Origin: Octopus bimaculoides
Taxonomy: Eukaryota
Assembly: GCF_001194135.2 (NCBI RefSeq)
Contig: NC_068993.1
Coordinates: forward strand, 53,731,398-53,777,850
DNA: 46,453 bases
Direction: 5' to 3'
Of the stretch, positions 23,324 through 36,865 are shown piece by piece; the first letter of the stretch is position 1, and each line of letters begins with the position of its first letter. The position numbers were made by a program, and so were the translations under genes. Below the pieces are notes generated by a model. That model had not been told where the DNA came from. It saw only the letters and a list, made by a program, of their open reading frames with translations, and searched no databases.

Positions 23324-24077
23324 TGTATATATAAGTAGATACATAGGAACGTGCGTATATATACACATACACACAAACGTAAATACATGCATGCATGCAA
23401 ACATACAAACATATACGCTTACATATATACATACATAGAGATATACACACACATATGCACACACATATACACACATGCATACACATTACCACACGCACAC
23501 GCACACACGCCAAATACATTTATCGTATTATGTTACATATGTCATTGCATAACAAGCACTGCAGATATTAGTACATATGAAATATGAAATGTAAAATTGT
23601 ATTATGCAAATAGTTATAATATCGTGTTACCCATTCTATCAGTGACATGCAGAGAGGTTATTAGGATTTACGAATTGAGTGCTTATGACAAGCATGCTAT
23701 AATGTATCGTAATATATAATTTATTGTTTAATATTATATAAATTCATATGTAATTTATAAATATGAACGTATATATANNNNNNNNNNNNNNNNNNNNNNN
23801 NNNNNNNNNNNNNNNNNNNNNNNNNNNNNNNNNNNNNNNNNNNNNNNNNNNNNNNNNNNNNNNNNNNNNNNNNNNNNNNNNNNNNNNNNNNNNNNNNNNN
23901 NNNNNNNNNNNNNNNNNNNNNNNNNNCAAACATATATGCATACATTTATATATTACACATTATAATACAATCAACAGGAAACACTTTGAATTCTTTCGTG
24001 AGATTGCATCATAATAGTACAATTCACTCATCAGATATACAAACAACCTACGAATGTTTTGAGAAAATAATAACAAT

Positions 24078-24109
<32 letters not shown>

Positions 24110-24110
24110 C

Positions 24111-24274
24111 GCCGTCTAACTTTACGTTTTGAGTTCAAATTCAGCCGAGGTCGACTTTGCCTTTTATCCTTTTGGGGTCGATAAATTAAGTACCAGTTGT
24201 GTACTGAGGCTGGTGTAATCGACTGGCCCCTTCCCCTCAAATTTCGGGCCTTGTGCCTAGTGTAGAAAAGAATA
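24111..24274 (+). mobile_element. SINE family A, 5'-truncated, next to (AAC)n
   Basis: GAGTTCAAATTC..GTCGACTTTGCC..AAGTACCAG; tail CCTTGTGCCTAGTGTAGAAAAGAAT. Confidence 0.9.
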
Positions 24275-24796
24275 AACTCTACCAACCTAATTTCGGTTGC
24301 TTTCATTTCTTGTACATGGCAAACAGACATATGTACGGTATATGAAAATTATATATATATATATATATAATTATTTATTATATAGTGTTATTTGACATAC
24401 TGTAACAGTAACAAGCGCTGGACGAACTGATGCAGCAAACATGACAAAAACGTTCTCTTTATTGTATTTCTTATATATGGCACAAATTGTTATTCTATAT
24501 ATAATTTACTTTTTCATTGTATTACGCTGTAACAATACTGGTTTCTTACGTTGGGTAAATGAAATTGCATGTCGTTCATGCCCTTCTCAAGATGATGTTT
24601 GGAAAGGCAGTTACCAACCATCAGAAACCGACATCGAGTTTGGACTTTCAGAAATGTTTCTACAGATTATGGCAATGATAATGTTATTGACAAAAAAAAA
24701 TGGAGATGAAAAACAAAGCCGTTACATTCATGACCTTTCCAACGCTATTCACATGCAATCATACAACTCTTTGTCATCTAGTTGCAGTTACACCGT

Positions 24797-25151
24797 GGAG
24801 GCGCAATGGCCCAGTGGTTAGGGCAGCGGACTCGCGGTCATAGGATCGCGGTTTCGATTCCCAAACCGAGCGTTGTGAGTGTTTATTGAGCGAAAACACC
24901 TAAGGCTCCACGAAGCTCCGGCAGGAGATGGTGGCGAACCCTGCTGTACTCATTCACCACAACTTTCTCTCACTCTTACTTCCTGTTTCTGTTGTGCCTG
25001 CCACGCTTAATATCCCCGAGAACTACGTTAAGGGTACACGTGTCTGTGGAGTGCTCAGCCACTTGCACGTTAAGTTCACGAGCAGGCTGTGATCCGTTGA
25101 TCGGATCAACTGGAACCCTCGACGTCGTAAGCGACGGAGTGCCAACAACAA
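24797..25151 (+). mobile_element. tRNA-derived SINE, family C, full length
   Basis: A-box TGGCCCAGTGG, B-box GGTTTCGATTCC, tail GGAACCCTCGACGTCGTAAGCGACGGAGTGCCAACAACAA shared with 30098-30320 and 14300-14349. Confidence 0.85.
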
Positions 25152-25623
25152 TGGTCAATTACCCAAGANNNNNNNNNNNNNNNNNNNNNNNNNNNNNNNN
25201 NNNNNNNNNNNNNNNNNNNNNNNNNNNNNNNNNNNNNNNNNNNNNNNNNNNNNNNNNNNNNNNNNNNNNNNNNNNNNNNNNNNNNNNNNNNNNNNNNNNN
25301 NNNNNNNNNNNNNNNNNNNNNNNNNNNNNNNNNNNNNNNNNNNNNNNNNNNNNNNNNNNNNNNNNNNNNNNNNNNNNNNNNNNNNNNNNNNNNNNNNNNN
25401 NNNNNNNNNNNNNNNNNNNNNNNNNNNNNNNNNNNNNNNNNNNNNNNNNNNNNNNNNNNNNNNNNNNNNNNNNNNNNNNNNNNNNNNNNNNNNNNNNNNN
25501 NNNNNNNNNNNNNNNNNNNNNNNNNNNNNNNNNNNNNNNNNNNNNNNNNNNNNNNNNNNNNNNNNNNNNNNNNNNNNNNNNNNNNNNNNNNNNNNNNNNN
25601 NNNNNNNNNNNNNNNNNNNNNNN

Positions 25624-25704
<81 letters not shown>

Positions 25705-25705
25705 T

Positions 25706-25737
<32 letters not shown>

Positions 25738-25740
25738 CGG
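25624..25740 (+). repeat. compound (TAA)n(CAA)n microsatellite
   Basis: Direct read of the sequence. Confidence 0.95.
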
Positions 25741-26140
25741 TAACATCAACAATAATAGAGAACGTCATTGTGACAGAAATGAATGCTGCAAAGCTGCTTC
25801 TAATTATCGACCAATACAAAACGCCTGACAGACAGTCCGACATTATGAGCGAAATATGAAAAGAGAGATTGGCAGAGTTTCTGCTATTAACTTTCAACCC
25901 ACTAAAAATAGATTGGACACATCTATGTGCCAGATTACATATCACAGACAGATGATATAAAGATTCCTGGCTATTAATTACATACTTCTTTGTTATTCCT
26001 CTTTACGTTCTTCTCCTTCTTCCCTCTAACCTCCCCCCCACCACCACCACCAACAACAACCTTCATCTTTATAAATACTGTGAGGACAAGACATGTCATT
26101 AAAAGTCAATATGCTTTAAGTATTTGCCGCGAGCACTAGG

Positions 26141-26205
<65 letters not shown>

Positions 26206-26757
26206 AGAGAGAGAGACACACACACAGGGGTGTGGGGGAGAATTTGGCGCCCGACAAATCAAGAAAGTGAGATTTAAATCCCTGTTTGAAATCATTTACA
26301 CTTCACCTACACCTTTAATACTTCGAGGAAGACACGTCAACGTCTTACTTCTCAATTCACTTCTAAAATTCGGGGCCATTGGGTCTGATAAAAAGAATAG
26401 AAAATCAAATTTTTTAAAGTATTTGATTGATTTCATGTGGAGATTTTAACTTGGGAATCGGTTTTAAGTGTTGGGTTAAAATCACTTGGATTGGAGTGTT
26501 TCATTACGATGAATAAATCTACCGTTTCAAGGATCATGTTCGGCTAGTTGGATGTGTAGGTCAGTATAGTGGAGTGGTATTACACTGAATAAGATGCTAT
26601 AGTATGGTTATGGTACACTATGTAAAATATGTAGAACCCAGTATGAACAATTATTAACAACTATTCCGAACCACCCGCGCGTTTAGGAAGCAGACACAAG
26701 TAGACAGAGTTGGCAGACTGAACACGAGACAGACTTACTGTTTAGATAAACACAAAT

Positions 26758-26764
26758 GATATCG

Positions 26765-26818
<54 letters not shown>

Positions 26819-27290
26819 TTGTCTATCCCTCACTCTTTAACTCTTCATTCTCATATTATCTCTGCCTGTCTCTCTCACACATCTCTTATTCTTTCTCACT
26901 CACTGCCTCTGCCTGTCTCTCATATATCTACCGTCTCTCGCTTACTCCTCTCTCTCTCTCTTCCTGTCTCTGTCTCTCACAGTATCTTTATCTGTCCTTC
27001 ACTCACTCACTGCTTAGTCTCTCCCACTGTATCTTTGTCTGTCCCTCGATCTATTACTACCTTCTCTCTCTCTCTCACTGCAGATCTCTGCCCCCACTCG
27101 TGTACTCTCGCTCCCTTTCTCTCGCTCATCGTGTCTGTCTGTCACTTACACAACCACTCTCGAACTGTCAAACTGTATGCCGTCTGACTGTCTTCTATCC
27201 CTCCGTCCCTCTCCTTCCCATACACTTTCGCTTTTTAATTTTCTCTCTCTCCCTCTCTCTCCCCCTCTCTCACACACACGCACACGCACC
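26758..27290 (+). repeat. (CT)n and pyrimidine-rich low-complexity region
   Basis: Perfect (CT)n decaying into CT/CA-rich sequence. Confidence 0.85.
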
Positions 27291-27330
27291 TATAACATTC
27301 TTCTCTGAATATTCTTTGCTTGTAACACAT

Positions 27331-27544
27331 GGCAGGTAGAATCCTTAGCGCGCTGGACGAAATGCTTAGCGGTATTTCGCCCGTCTTTGCGTTCTGAGTT
27401 CAAATTCCGCCGAGGTCGACTTTGCCCTTCATCCCTTCGGGGTCGATGAATTAAGTACCAGTTATGCACTGGGGGCCGATGTAATCGACTCACTCATCCC
27501 CTTCCTCAAAATGTCAGGCTTTGTGCCTATTGTAGGAAAGATTA
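27331..27544 (+). mobile_element. SINE family A, near full length
   Basis: Intact B-box and core; tail CTTTGTGCCTATTGTAGGAAAGATTA. Confidence 0.9.
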
Positions 27545-27630
27545 AGCTGCACCTCTTTAATAGCTGCCAGTATGACATTCAGGTATTTGGCCGAAAGACT
27601 AAGGCACCACTCACAGAGCTACAGATTGAA

Positions 27631-27902
27631 GACAGGTAGATAGTCGAACAACTAGACACCACCCGCTGATTTATAGATGACCAACCAATAGCTTGTTGGT
27701 CGAATGACTAACTACCATCCACGGATCTATATATCCATGTATATGACAGGTAGGTACAGGTGGTTAATTGAACGAATATAGATAGGTACCATCCACAGAC
27801 CGATATATGATAGATAGGTCGTTGGTCAGACGACTAGATATCACCTGCCGGTCTATATATGGCAGGTAGTCTGTCGGTGAAACAATTGGGAACCACCCAC
27901 AA

Positions 27903-27961
<59 letters not shown>

Positions 27962-27995
27962 ACATATTTGGTTGAACGACTACATACCATTGTAT
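27631..27995 (+). repeat. degenerate minisatellite, unit about 50-70 bp, about 6 copies
   Basis: Recurring GACAGGTAG..GGTCGAACGACTAGATACCACCC..CTATATAT-like blocks. Confidence 0.6.
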
Positions 27996-28427
27996 ATGTT
28001 ATCTGTATGTTTATTTTATTTATTGTGCTGTATTATGAATATTATTTCTAAGACCATTCGTTTATTTTTGTGGGCGTAATCCTATAGAGTATTGATGTGT
28101 TGTCCGCTAATGTTTTCCTATCTAGTGTTATTTCCTGATGTGTGGATTAATATATTGCAGTTTCTCCATGTTGTAAGTGTATGGAGAGCTAATGGACGAG
28201 CATCGTATCTGTTTGGCCAATATAAAAGTCGGAGCTGTGATGACCAATGTCATTTAACAGTTACAGCCTTGCTAATGACTAACGTGGTTTCTAAGTTCGA
28301 TTGCAAGAGAAGAAGTCCCAAATTTCATGATTCTGGCTGCTTAGTGTGCAGCGTTTCTCTTCTAAATCTTTACTGAAGTATCTCAAATGTCGGCACCGGT
28401 ATTTGTGCTGCAAATGCATTGTAAAAT

Positions 28428-28565
28428 GGCGTCGATGTTGATTTTGCCTTTTATCCTTTTGGGGTCGATAAAATGAGCACCAGTTGATCACTGGGGCTGG
28501 TATAATCGACTCTCGCTTTCTTCAAACATTGCTGGTTTTGTGCGAAAATTCAAAACCAATATTAT
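28428..28565 (+). mobile_element. SINE family A, 3' half
   Basis: TTTTGCCTTTTATCCTTTTGGGGTCGATAAAATGAGCACCAG; tail TTGTGCGAAAATTCAAAACCAATATT. Confidence 0.85.
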
Positions 28566-29199
28566 GTTTGCACTTGTTAGTTTTGTTGGAAAAGTTCTGC
28601 TAAATATTGCTAGCGTTGATATGAATGTATTCAATAATAGAAGAATTGTTTATATTTAGACCAGTCTTTTCTGTGGATGGCATTGCACATTGTTTTAGTA
28701 ACAATGTCATGTTGCAATGGGAGGTAGTTACTTGCTGAGATTTTTGGGAAGCTGCTGATTACATGTGTTGTAAATGCCGATTACGTCATTCAACAAAGAA
28801 ATTACATTCGGCACTATATATAATGGTATTTACTAATTTTAACTAGTTTATACCAACTATTTATCAACACGGTCGTTAAATTAGACATAAATTAATGACA
28901 AAAATAGTCATTTGCAACCAGAAATAGTCGATTTTTTGAACTTTTGAGTCTAGAAATGCGATTTATCCGAGCTGTTTCACGTAACTGTATAGACTCTAAA
29001 CCAGGCTCTTGTAGTGTAGAAAACCTGGGATTTTAAAGCAGAAAAACCAAGAAACATTCTATTGCAAAATATTATAAGAATTTATGAAATAATTGGAAGA
29101 ATATTCCTTCTGAATTATAAAAAAAAAATCTAATAATTCGTCACACTTGTGTCAGTTTATATATAACAGCAAAACTAATGTCTGTGTAGACCTGTATGC

Positions 29200-29256
<57 letters not shown>

Positions 29257-29668
29257 AGTTTGCGTATATGTGTATGTATATGTGTGTATATACTATATGT
29301 GTAAGCGTGCTAGTTAATAAGACATTAAAACAGAATGACTCTCTCCAGACAATAAAATTCAAGAAAATGTTAAACAAAATTAAATCTCTTGCTACCTATT
29401 ATGCTTCCATCTTCTCATGTCTGTATATATTCTAATAGCACTCACATCGTCATAAAATTTTGAATGGCCAGCAAGGGTAATACTAATTTTAAGGAGAATA
29501 AAAGTACTGCAAAGTACCGATGCTTCAGTCAGATTAAAGTGATAGACACTTGTACAATACAAATACCACTCTAGGTATCAACGGCCATCCCACGGGACAA
29601 AAATGCGCCAAATTTATTGATATAAAGTTTCAACCCGTTGATTTAACTGAAAAAGTATACGTGTGCAT

Positions 29669-29726
<58 letters not shown>

Positions 29727-30097
29727 TGTGTGAGTGTAGCGTGTGCATGTGTGTATGCATGTGTGTATGCATGTATGTATGTCTTTTATAAAATTATTTG
29801 AATTCTTCTTGCACGGAACAAAACTGATTTCAAACAAAGAAACATAATAGGCATTTACTATTGTGCCTTGGGTGTTTAAAGGCCTGACTGTCACTTTTAT
29901 TCAAAAGATATATCGTTGCTATCTCCTGCTCTTAGATTTCAAAAGCATAACCTTTGAGATGTAACGTGATGTAACGGTCACGAGTCCCAGAGGCTACATT
30001 TCATGGAAATATAACCATCCTCATCAAGTTTCTTGGTAACATGCCCTGCGTAACCTTTCCGTGTTTGTAATTTATTTCTACTGTTGCTGCTAAGCAA

Positions 30098-30320
30098 GTC
30101 TTGAACAAGACACTTTATTTCACGTTGCCCCAGTCCCCTCAACTGGCAAAAATGAGCTGTGACTGTAATTCAAAGAGCCAGCCTAGTCGTATTTTGTGTC
30201 ACGCTGAATCTCCCTGAGAACTACGTCAATAGAACGCTTGTACATTAACTTCATGAACCGGCTGTTCCATTGATTGGATCAGTCGGAACCCTCGTCGTCG
30301 TAATCGACAGAGAGCCAGTT
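30098..30320 (+). mobile_element. 5'-truncated SINE with family D-type core and family C-type tail
   Basis: CTTGAACAAGACACTTTATTTCACGTTGCCCCAGT..GGCAAAAATGAG matches 37649-37890; CCCTGAGAACTACGT..GGAACCCTCGTCGTCGTAATCGAC matches 24797-25151. Confidence 0.75.
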
Positions 30321-31007
30321 AAGCAGTTACCAACTAAATGGTACCATACCATACGCAAAGGCTGTCTGCATTAAACCATAATTTCTTTGTAGGTAAACTA
30401 AATATCTCTGCCCAAAATGTTTTCGATGAGGTGAAACGCCTGGATTTACTCATATTTTCTGCTGGTAGAGACTTTTTCTATTATCGTAGTTTCAGTAGAA
30501 GTTTGCAGTTGATGGAGGGATCTTGCAGATTTTAATGGTTTCTTCTACTGACCAATCATGTACCTAAACGTTGGTATCAGAACTTATGTTGCTAATGCAT
30601 TGTGGGATATTGTCTTGTTTGAGAGGAAAGCTCTGTCGTATCCATTTTTACTCATTCTTTTATGAAGGATAGTATTTGTTTATTCTTACTTTCTTCATAA
30701 CACCTTTATATGATATATTTCCATCAATACCTAACTAATTGTGGTACTTATTGTGAAGGTCATAGATTTGTAATTTGGTGAGCCAGTCTTACCGAGATAT
30801 ATTCTCAGATATCAAATATAGATATTGAGATCGTCTGGGTTGCATTAGTGATTCTGGACGGCGTCGAACTCAAGGACCGAAGTGAATTTTCGTTAAAAGA
30901 TACGACTGTGAATAAAGGCCAAAACACACAGAAGCAGTCTGTCTCCTTGGAATATTCTCTTTGACAGATTTATGAATTTGAGAAAATGTATTTTTGCATA
31001 TTTATCC

Positions 31008-31436
<429 letters not shown>

Positions 31437-32109
31437 TGTAGCTCTCCAACGTCTGTCTATCTGTATATATATGTATGTATGTATTATGTATGTTGTATGT
31501 ATGCATGTACAGACGGATGATCGATGGATATACCTATGTGTGTGTGTGGATGGATGGATGCATGGATGCATAGATGAATGGATCAACTTATTTTTTTGCA
31601 ATTGTCGTTACCATATCTACAATAGGATGTAAACAGACATCATTCTAGGATGAACCTTGAAAATTTGTTTGGAAACTGAATGGATAGCCTGTTTTTAAAA
31701 AAAGAGATAAAGCTAATGATTGTGGAGAATTAATAGCAAATTCTTATATTTATGCCTTATTTTTATTACAAAAACCCATCTGACATGCGATATGTTACAG
31801 TAATTTCTTGTCATGAAAGAAACTCATAAAATCAACAATGAACATTATGCGGTCAGCTGAGCTGGAAGCTGAAATCAAATCCATTCACATCATGTGAAAG
31901 TTATACTTGTAATGGAAAGTTGTAGGAACTATGAGAGAGAAAAAAAAAGAGATAAAAAGTATAACGTGTACGTTGTTAATGATAATGTTGTTATGTTTGT
32001 GTTATAAGAGAAAGGATCGGTGAAAAATAGTAACAGACTGTCACTTTGACACCTTAACAAACAGTCGTAAATAATAAAATGGCGAATGTTTATAACCAAC
32101 GCAGAAGGC

Positions 32110-32313
32110 ATATTTTTTACTCTCTTACTTGTTTCTGTCATTTGACTGAGGCCATGCTGGAGCACCGCCTTGAAGTTTTTTTTTTCTAATTGAAGAAACC
32201 GACCCCGGGACTTATTCTTTGTAAGCCTAGTACTTCTTTTATCAGTATCTTTTGGTGAAGCGCTAAGTTGTGGCGACTTAACACACCAACATTGATGTCA
32301 AGTGATGGCAGGG

Positions 32314-32320
<7 letters not shown>
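32110..32320 (-). mobile_element. SINE family B 3' half
   Basis: TTACTTGTTTCTGTCATTTGACTGAGGCCATGCTGGAGCACCGCC..AAGCCTAGTAC. Confidence 0.85.
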
Positions 32321-32378
<58 letters not shown>

Positions 32379-32431
32379 TTACTTGGAAAAGGATGCGTGG
32401 CATTCGATCATATAATAATATAAATAAAAAT

Positions 32432-32465
<34 letters not shown>

Positions 32466-32470
<5 letters not shown>

Positions 32471-32595
32471 AGTTGAAATTTACAGGAAAACAAAAGACGA
32501 AGACAAATGTATGAACAACAAGCAAGTGTATTAGTTTGACGCTCGGGAAAGGGAGAAAGACTTTTACGTTTCGAGACTACGCTTTTCAACAGAAG
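32466..32595 (-). mobile_element. short Penelope-pLTR-like element with hammerhead-like core (copy 1)
   Basis: Reverse complement aligns with 37021-37200; CTGTTGA-A-AAGC-GTAG-TCTC-GAAACGTA. Confidence 0.6.
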
Positions 32596-32617
32596 CTGAA
32601 AGCGCTGACTCCAAAGG

Positions 32618-32872
32618 ATTTTGTCGAACAACCGATTCCAGTTCTTATTTTGATAGACTTGTACTAATTCTATCGTACCCTTTTTGTCGAACCACTAAGT
32701 TATAGAGACATCAACAAACCAACACCAGTTGTCAAGAGGTGGGGCAGAGACACAAACTCAAAGACAGACACATACAGACGCGCGTGCGTGTGTGTATATG
32801 TATGTGTGTATATACGACGGGCTTCTTCAGGTTTCCATCCATTAAATCCACCGACAAGGCTTTGGTGAGCCC
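32618..32872 (-). mobile_element. SINE family B middle fragment
   Basis: TTTTGTCGAACCACTAAGTTA..GTTGTCAAG..ACGACGGGCTTC..ACAAGGCTTTGG. Confidence 0.75.
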
Positions 32873-33239
32873 TGTTGGTGTAAAGTGTTAAAAACTCTAT
32901 CTTGATTGGTGTTGGATGAAGAAAAACAAAGCGACGACAACAACAACAACTACTACTACTACTACTACTAGAAGACGATTAGCTAAAACATCAGTGATAG
33001 TAAAAAAACAGAAAGTAATAACAAAAGCAACAAGAATATCAGTTACAACAACAGAAAAAACAAACAACAACAAATAGAATTTCCTTTGAACATCATAATC
33101 TGAGACTCGTATTTAAGTTACTGGCTGGAAGGCGAGTTGGTGGTGTTTAAAAAAGAGCACTTGGAATTCTCGGATTGTTGTAAATGCTGAGGAGAAGGAG
33201 GCGGAGGAGGAGGAGGAGGAGGAAAGAAGGGGTAGGGGA

Positions 33240-33450
33240 AAATACCATTCCATAACACCAACACTACCACAACCACCACTACTACAGCCACCACTACTAC
33301 AGCCACCACTACTACAGCCACCACTACTACAACCATCACCATAAACACAACAGCTACCACAAACACAGCCACCACCACTACTACAACCCTCACCACATGC
33401 ACAATCGTCACCACCAGCTACGCCACCGCAATACCACTCGCACCATCGCA
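33240..33450 (+). repeat. ACC/ACT low-complexity region with a 15-bp tandem (CACCACTACTACAGC)
   Basis: Direct read of the sequence. Confidence 0.85.
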
Positions 33451-35144
33451 TTTATATATAACAGATTTTTTTTTGTCTTGTTTTGTCTTGGTAGTCACAA
33501 AGCTAAAACTATGTCTAAAAATGAATGCCGTTTTGAGGGACAGTGTTAAAATGGCGGTGTTTGTCCAAGCCTGAGGCTGTGGGGCAGCAGTAATTATTAT
33601 TCCCCTTGTGTAAGAGACATCACGAGATACGTAGATGCTTCAACTGTCAATTTTCAATGGCGCCCCCTTTCTAAAATTACCCGTTCTTTTTCTTTTATGT
33701 GTATATGTGTATCTAGGTATATTTGTGTTTGTAAGCACATATTTGTGAGTGCACGCACGCGCGCGCGTGTGTGCATTTGTGTATATGCGTGTGTATGTAA
33801 ACATATGTATGTATTTGTTATATATNNNNNNNNNNNNNNNNNNNNNNNNNNNNNNNNNNNNNNNNNNNNNNNNNNNNNNNNNNNNNNNNNNNNNNNNNNN
33901 NNNNNNNNNNNNNNNNNNNNNNNNNNNNNNNNNNNNNNNNNNNNNNNNNNNNNNNNNNNNNNNNNNNNNNNNNNNNNNNNNNNNNNNNNNNNNNNNNNNN
34001 NNNNNNNNNNNNNNNNNNNNNNNNNNNNNNNNNNNNNNNNNNNNNNNNNNNNNNNNNNNNNNNNNNNNNNNNNNNNNNNNNNNNNNNNNNNNNNNNNNNN
34101 NNNNNNNNNNNNNNNNNNNNNNNNNNNNNNNNNNNNNNNNNNNNNNNNNNNNNNNNNNNNNNNNNNNNNNNNNNNNNNNNNNNNNNNNNNNNNNNNNNNN
34201 NNNNNNNNNNNNNNNNNNNNNNNNNNNNNNNNNNNNNNNNNNNNNNNNNNNNNNNNNNNNNNNNNNNNNNNNNNNNNNNNNNNNNNNNNNNNNNNNNNNN
34301 NNNNNNNNNNNNNNNNNNNNNNNNNNNNNNNNNNNNNNNNNNNNNNNNNNNNNNNNNNNNNNNNNNTATATATATACATATATACGCATATACGTACATA
34401 TATACACATACATATATATGTATGTATATGCCTGTATTTGTGTACTTGTGTGCGTGTGTGTGTGTGTGTGTGTGTATAACGGTGTGCGTGTGGTGTGTTC
34501 TCGTTCCCGATTCATACCTCTCTCCTCTTCCTCAACCCCCTCCACCCCGTCCCCTCCACTCCTCCTCACTCGTATTCTCCCACCACCATCACCACAATTA
34601 CACATACTTCTTTCTATTATCCTTGGCTTCATTGTTTTAGCGCTTACTGTTATTTATGTTAGATTTTTATCACACACCAGCTTCTGTTTCTTTCCAAACT
34701 GTTATTTCTAATCGTTCCCCTCTCCCACCCTACTACCCCCCTACATCACCACTCTCCACCTTAATTCACACCCTACTCCGCCACCCTTTTTCACCTCCGT
34801 CGTGTTCCTCATCAGTCCGAATTAATTCATGTTTTCACTCTTTGAACCCGTCAGTCATCAAGGTTCTCTGTTCACGTTGCCGACATTTAAACTAAAAATA
34901 TATATGTATATATTTAATGATAATGTTCGTAACTAAGAGAGCAATATATTATTTTACTTGGCTGAGACACGAGAGGTTTCTATCTAAATTAAAAACAGGG
35001 CCTCTTCTATATTATTTTTTCTGTTCTTTTGTCTGTCTTGTACTTGAACAATAAGCTACCAAATATTTCAAGGGGGCACAGCTATAGATATTTTTGCATA
35101 CAGAAAAAAGCGTAACGAATTATTTTGAATAAGGCTTGGATACA

Positions 35145-35190
35145 CAACGCTATGCTGATGATGTCTAATAGACTGAAACATGTCGATGTT
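35145..35190 (+). ncRNA. minimal type I hammerhead-ribozyme-like motif
   Basis: CTGATGA (35155-35161), stem GTCT/AGAC, GAAA-CATG-TC with palindromic loop; stem I is poorly paired. Confidence 0.35.
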
Positions 35191-35294
35191 CATTTCTAGA
35201 GTGGAAACAAGGACCTGGCTTTCCCATCGCTAAGTATGTGAGTTAACTTCGTTAAATTAATTTCTTAAAATTACCTCCCTTTAATAACCTCTTT

Positions 35295-35450
35295 ACATTC
35301 AAACTACGAATTCCATCGAAGTTGGACTTCATTTTTCAATCTTTTCTAACCGACAATATAAAGTACACATCGAGCTCTTAGTTTGCTTAAATAGACTACC
35401 ACCCCTCCCACTAAATCTTCTGGCCTTGTGCCGAAACTTGAAACCATTGT
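35295..35450 (+). mobile_element. SINE family A, highly degenerate
   Basis: Tail CTGGCCTTGTGCCGAAACTTGAAACC plus a decayed core. Confidence 0.5.
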
Positions 35451-35720
35451 AAAAATAATATTAAATGGGAAGTGCATAACAGAAAGGACAACTTGAAATC
35501 ACACCATTTCAACGTAAAACTACAAGGAAGAGCACATAGGAAAATATAGCTGTGAATACGTTATGTCTACGAATAAAATAAGTCATGTCTGGGACGGCTT
35601 TGATTATAGATCTACATCTAGGTCGACTTGGGACTAAACAACGGCAATAACATACAACTGTGTGTTTATAGAAATAAATTTACATATTTTAGTTTTGATA
35701 TATCTCTGTATAACGTGTGC

Positions 35721-35774
<54 letters not shown>

Positions 35775-36232
35775 TCACTCCCCAGTGTAATCATGTATAT
35801 TTTCTTCAAAACAGATGGTGCTAGCAGTGTCCGTAGAGACATTGGTTTGTATTTCTGACTAGACTTATCTCAATGCAAGATAACTTTGTAAATTTTCTAA
35901 GATTATTACAAATAGTTGCATGGCCTTGGCCGTGATTACTAAAAGAAGCTGAAAAACTTGCTTACTAGAGCTCTTTATATAATTCCTTCCTCTAACACAG
36001 AAGATTAGCTAAGTGTAGGAATAAGATTACAGAGTACATGACACCAAGCTGAATTTGAACTAGGAAACTGTATTTCTGAAACAAGGGCAAATGACGTAAG
36101 TTGCTTGAAAGATCCGGTTTGGCATTATGTACATACCCAGAATTAGGGTATCCGATGACGATGGCAGATCCAACCCAATTGAAACGTAGAGTAGATGTAA
36201 ATCTCTCGCTCTCTCTCACACGTAATCTATCT

Positions 36233-36244
36233 ATCTATCTATCG

Positions 36245-36312
<68 letters not shown>
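36233..36312 (+). repeat. (TATC)n/(GATA)n microsatellite
   Basis: Direct read of the sequence. Confidence 0.95.
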
Positions 36313-36313
<1 letters not shown>

Positions 36314-36632
36314 TTAAAATTAAAACGATTCTCGAGAAAAGTCTATTCGTTTAGTTGAAAGAACATGTCAAACGAATGCAAAGCTCGAGCAGGTGAGAAC
36401 ATTTTCAGTTAAATAAATAGAAGTATCTCGAAGACATTTTGCGCTCATTTATTCAAATGTATGGGTTGTGTAAGCTTTCAAAATTCAATGAATTTTTTTT
36501 TTAATATGTGAGCAATGTCTACATTATAGAGTTGAGGGGCGGCAGAGATCGTAATGTTACGGATGCATCAATAATGCATCCGAAATATTACTCAATACCC
36601 AGGTTGAAAAATATTTAATGCGTATTACTTGA

Positions 36633-36850
36633 CTTTTATCTTCCGTTTGTTTTAGTCATTAGACTGCGGCCATGCTGGGCTACCACCTTGGAGAACGTTT
36701 AGCCGAACCTATGAACCCTATGCTTAATATTTTAAAAGCCTAGTACTTATTCTATCGGTTCTCTTTTGCCGAGCCGATAAGTTACGAGGATGTAAACACA
36801 CCAATACCGCTTGTCAAGTGGTGGGTGGGAACAAACAGAGATACGAAGGC
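36633..36850 (-). mobile_element. SINE family B 3' half
   Basis: TAGTCATTAGACTGCGGCCATGCTGG..AAGCCTAGTACTTATTCTATCGG. Confidence 0.85.
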
Positions 36851-36865
36851 ACTGCCCCCATATAT

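Noticed and set aside
25750-25945. NYRPI motif suggesting a LINE RT next to (TAA)n(CAA)n
   Set aside because: A single short motif; downstream residues do not continue the expected pattern.
30793-30905. Minus-strand exon candidate with a good acceptor and TCG|GTAAGA donor
   Set aside because: Stop codons in all three frames and no recognisable homology.
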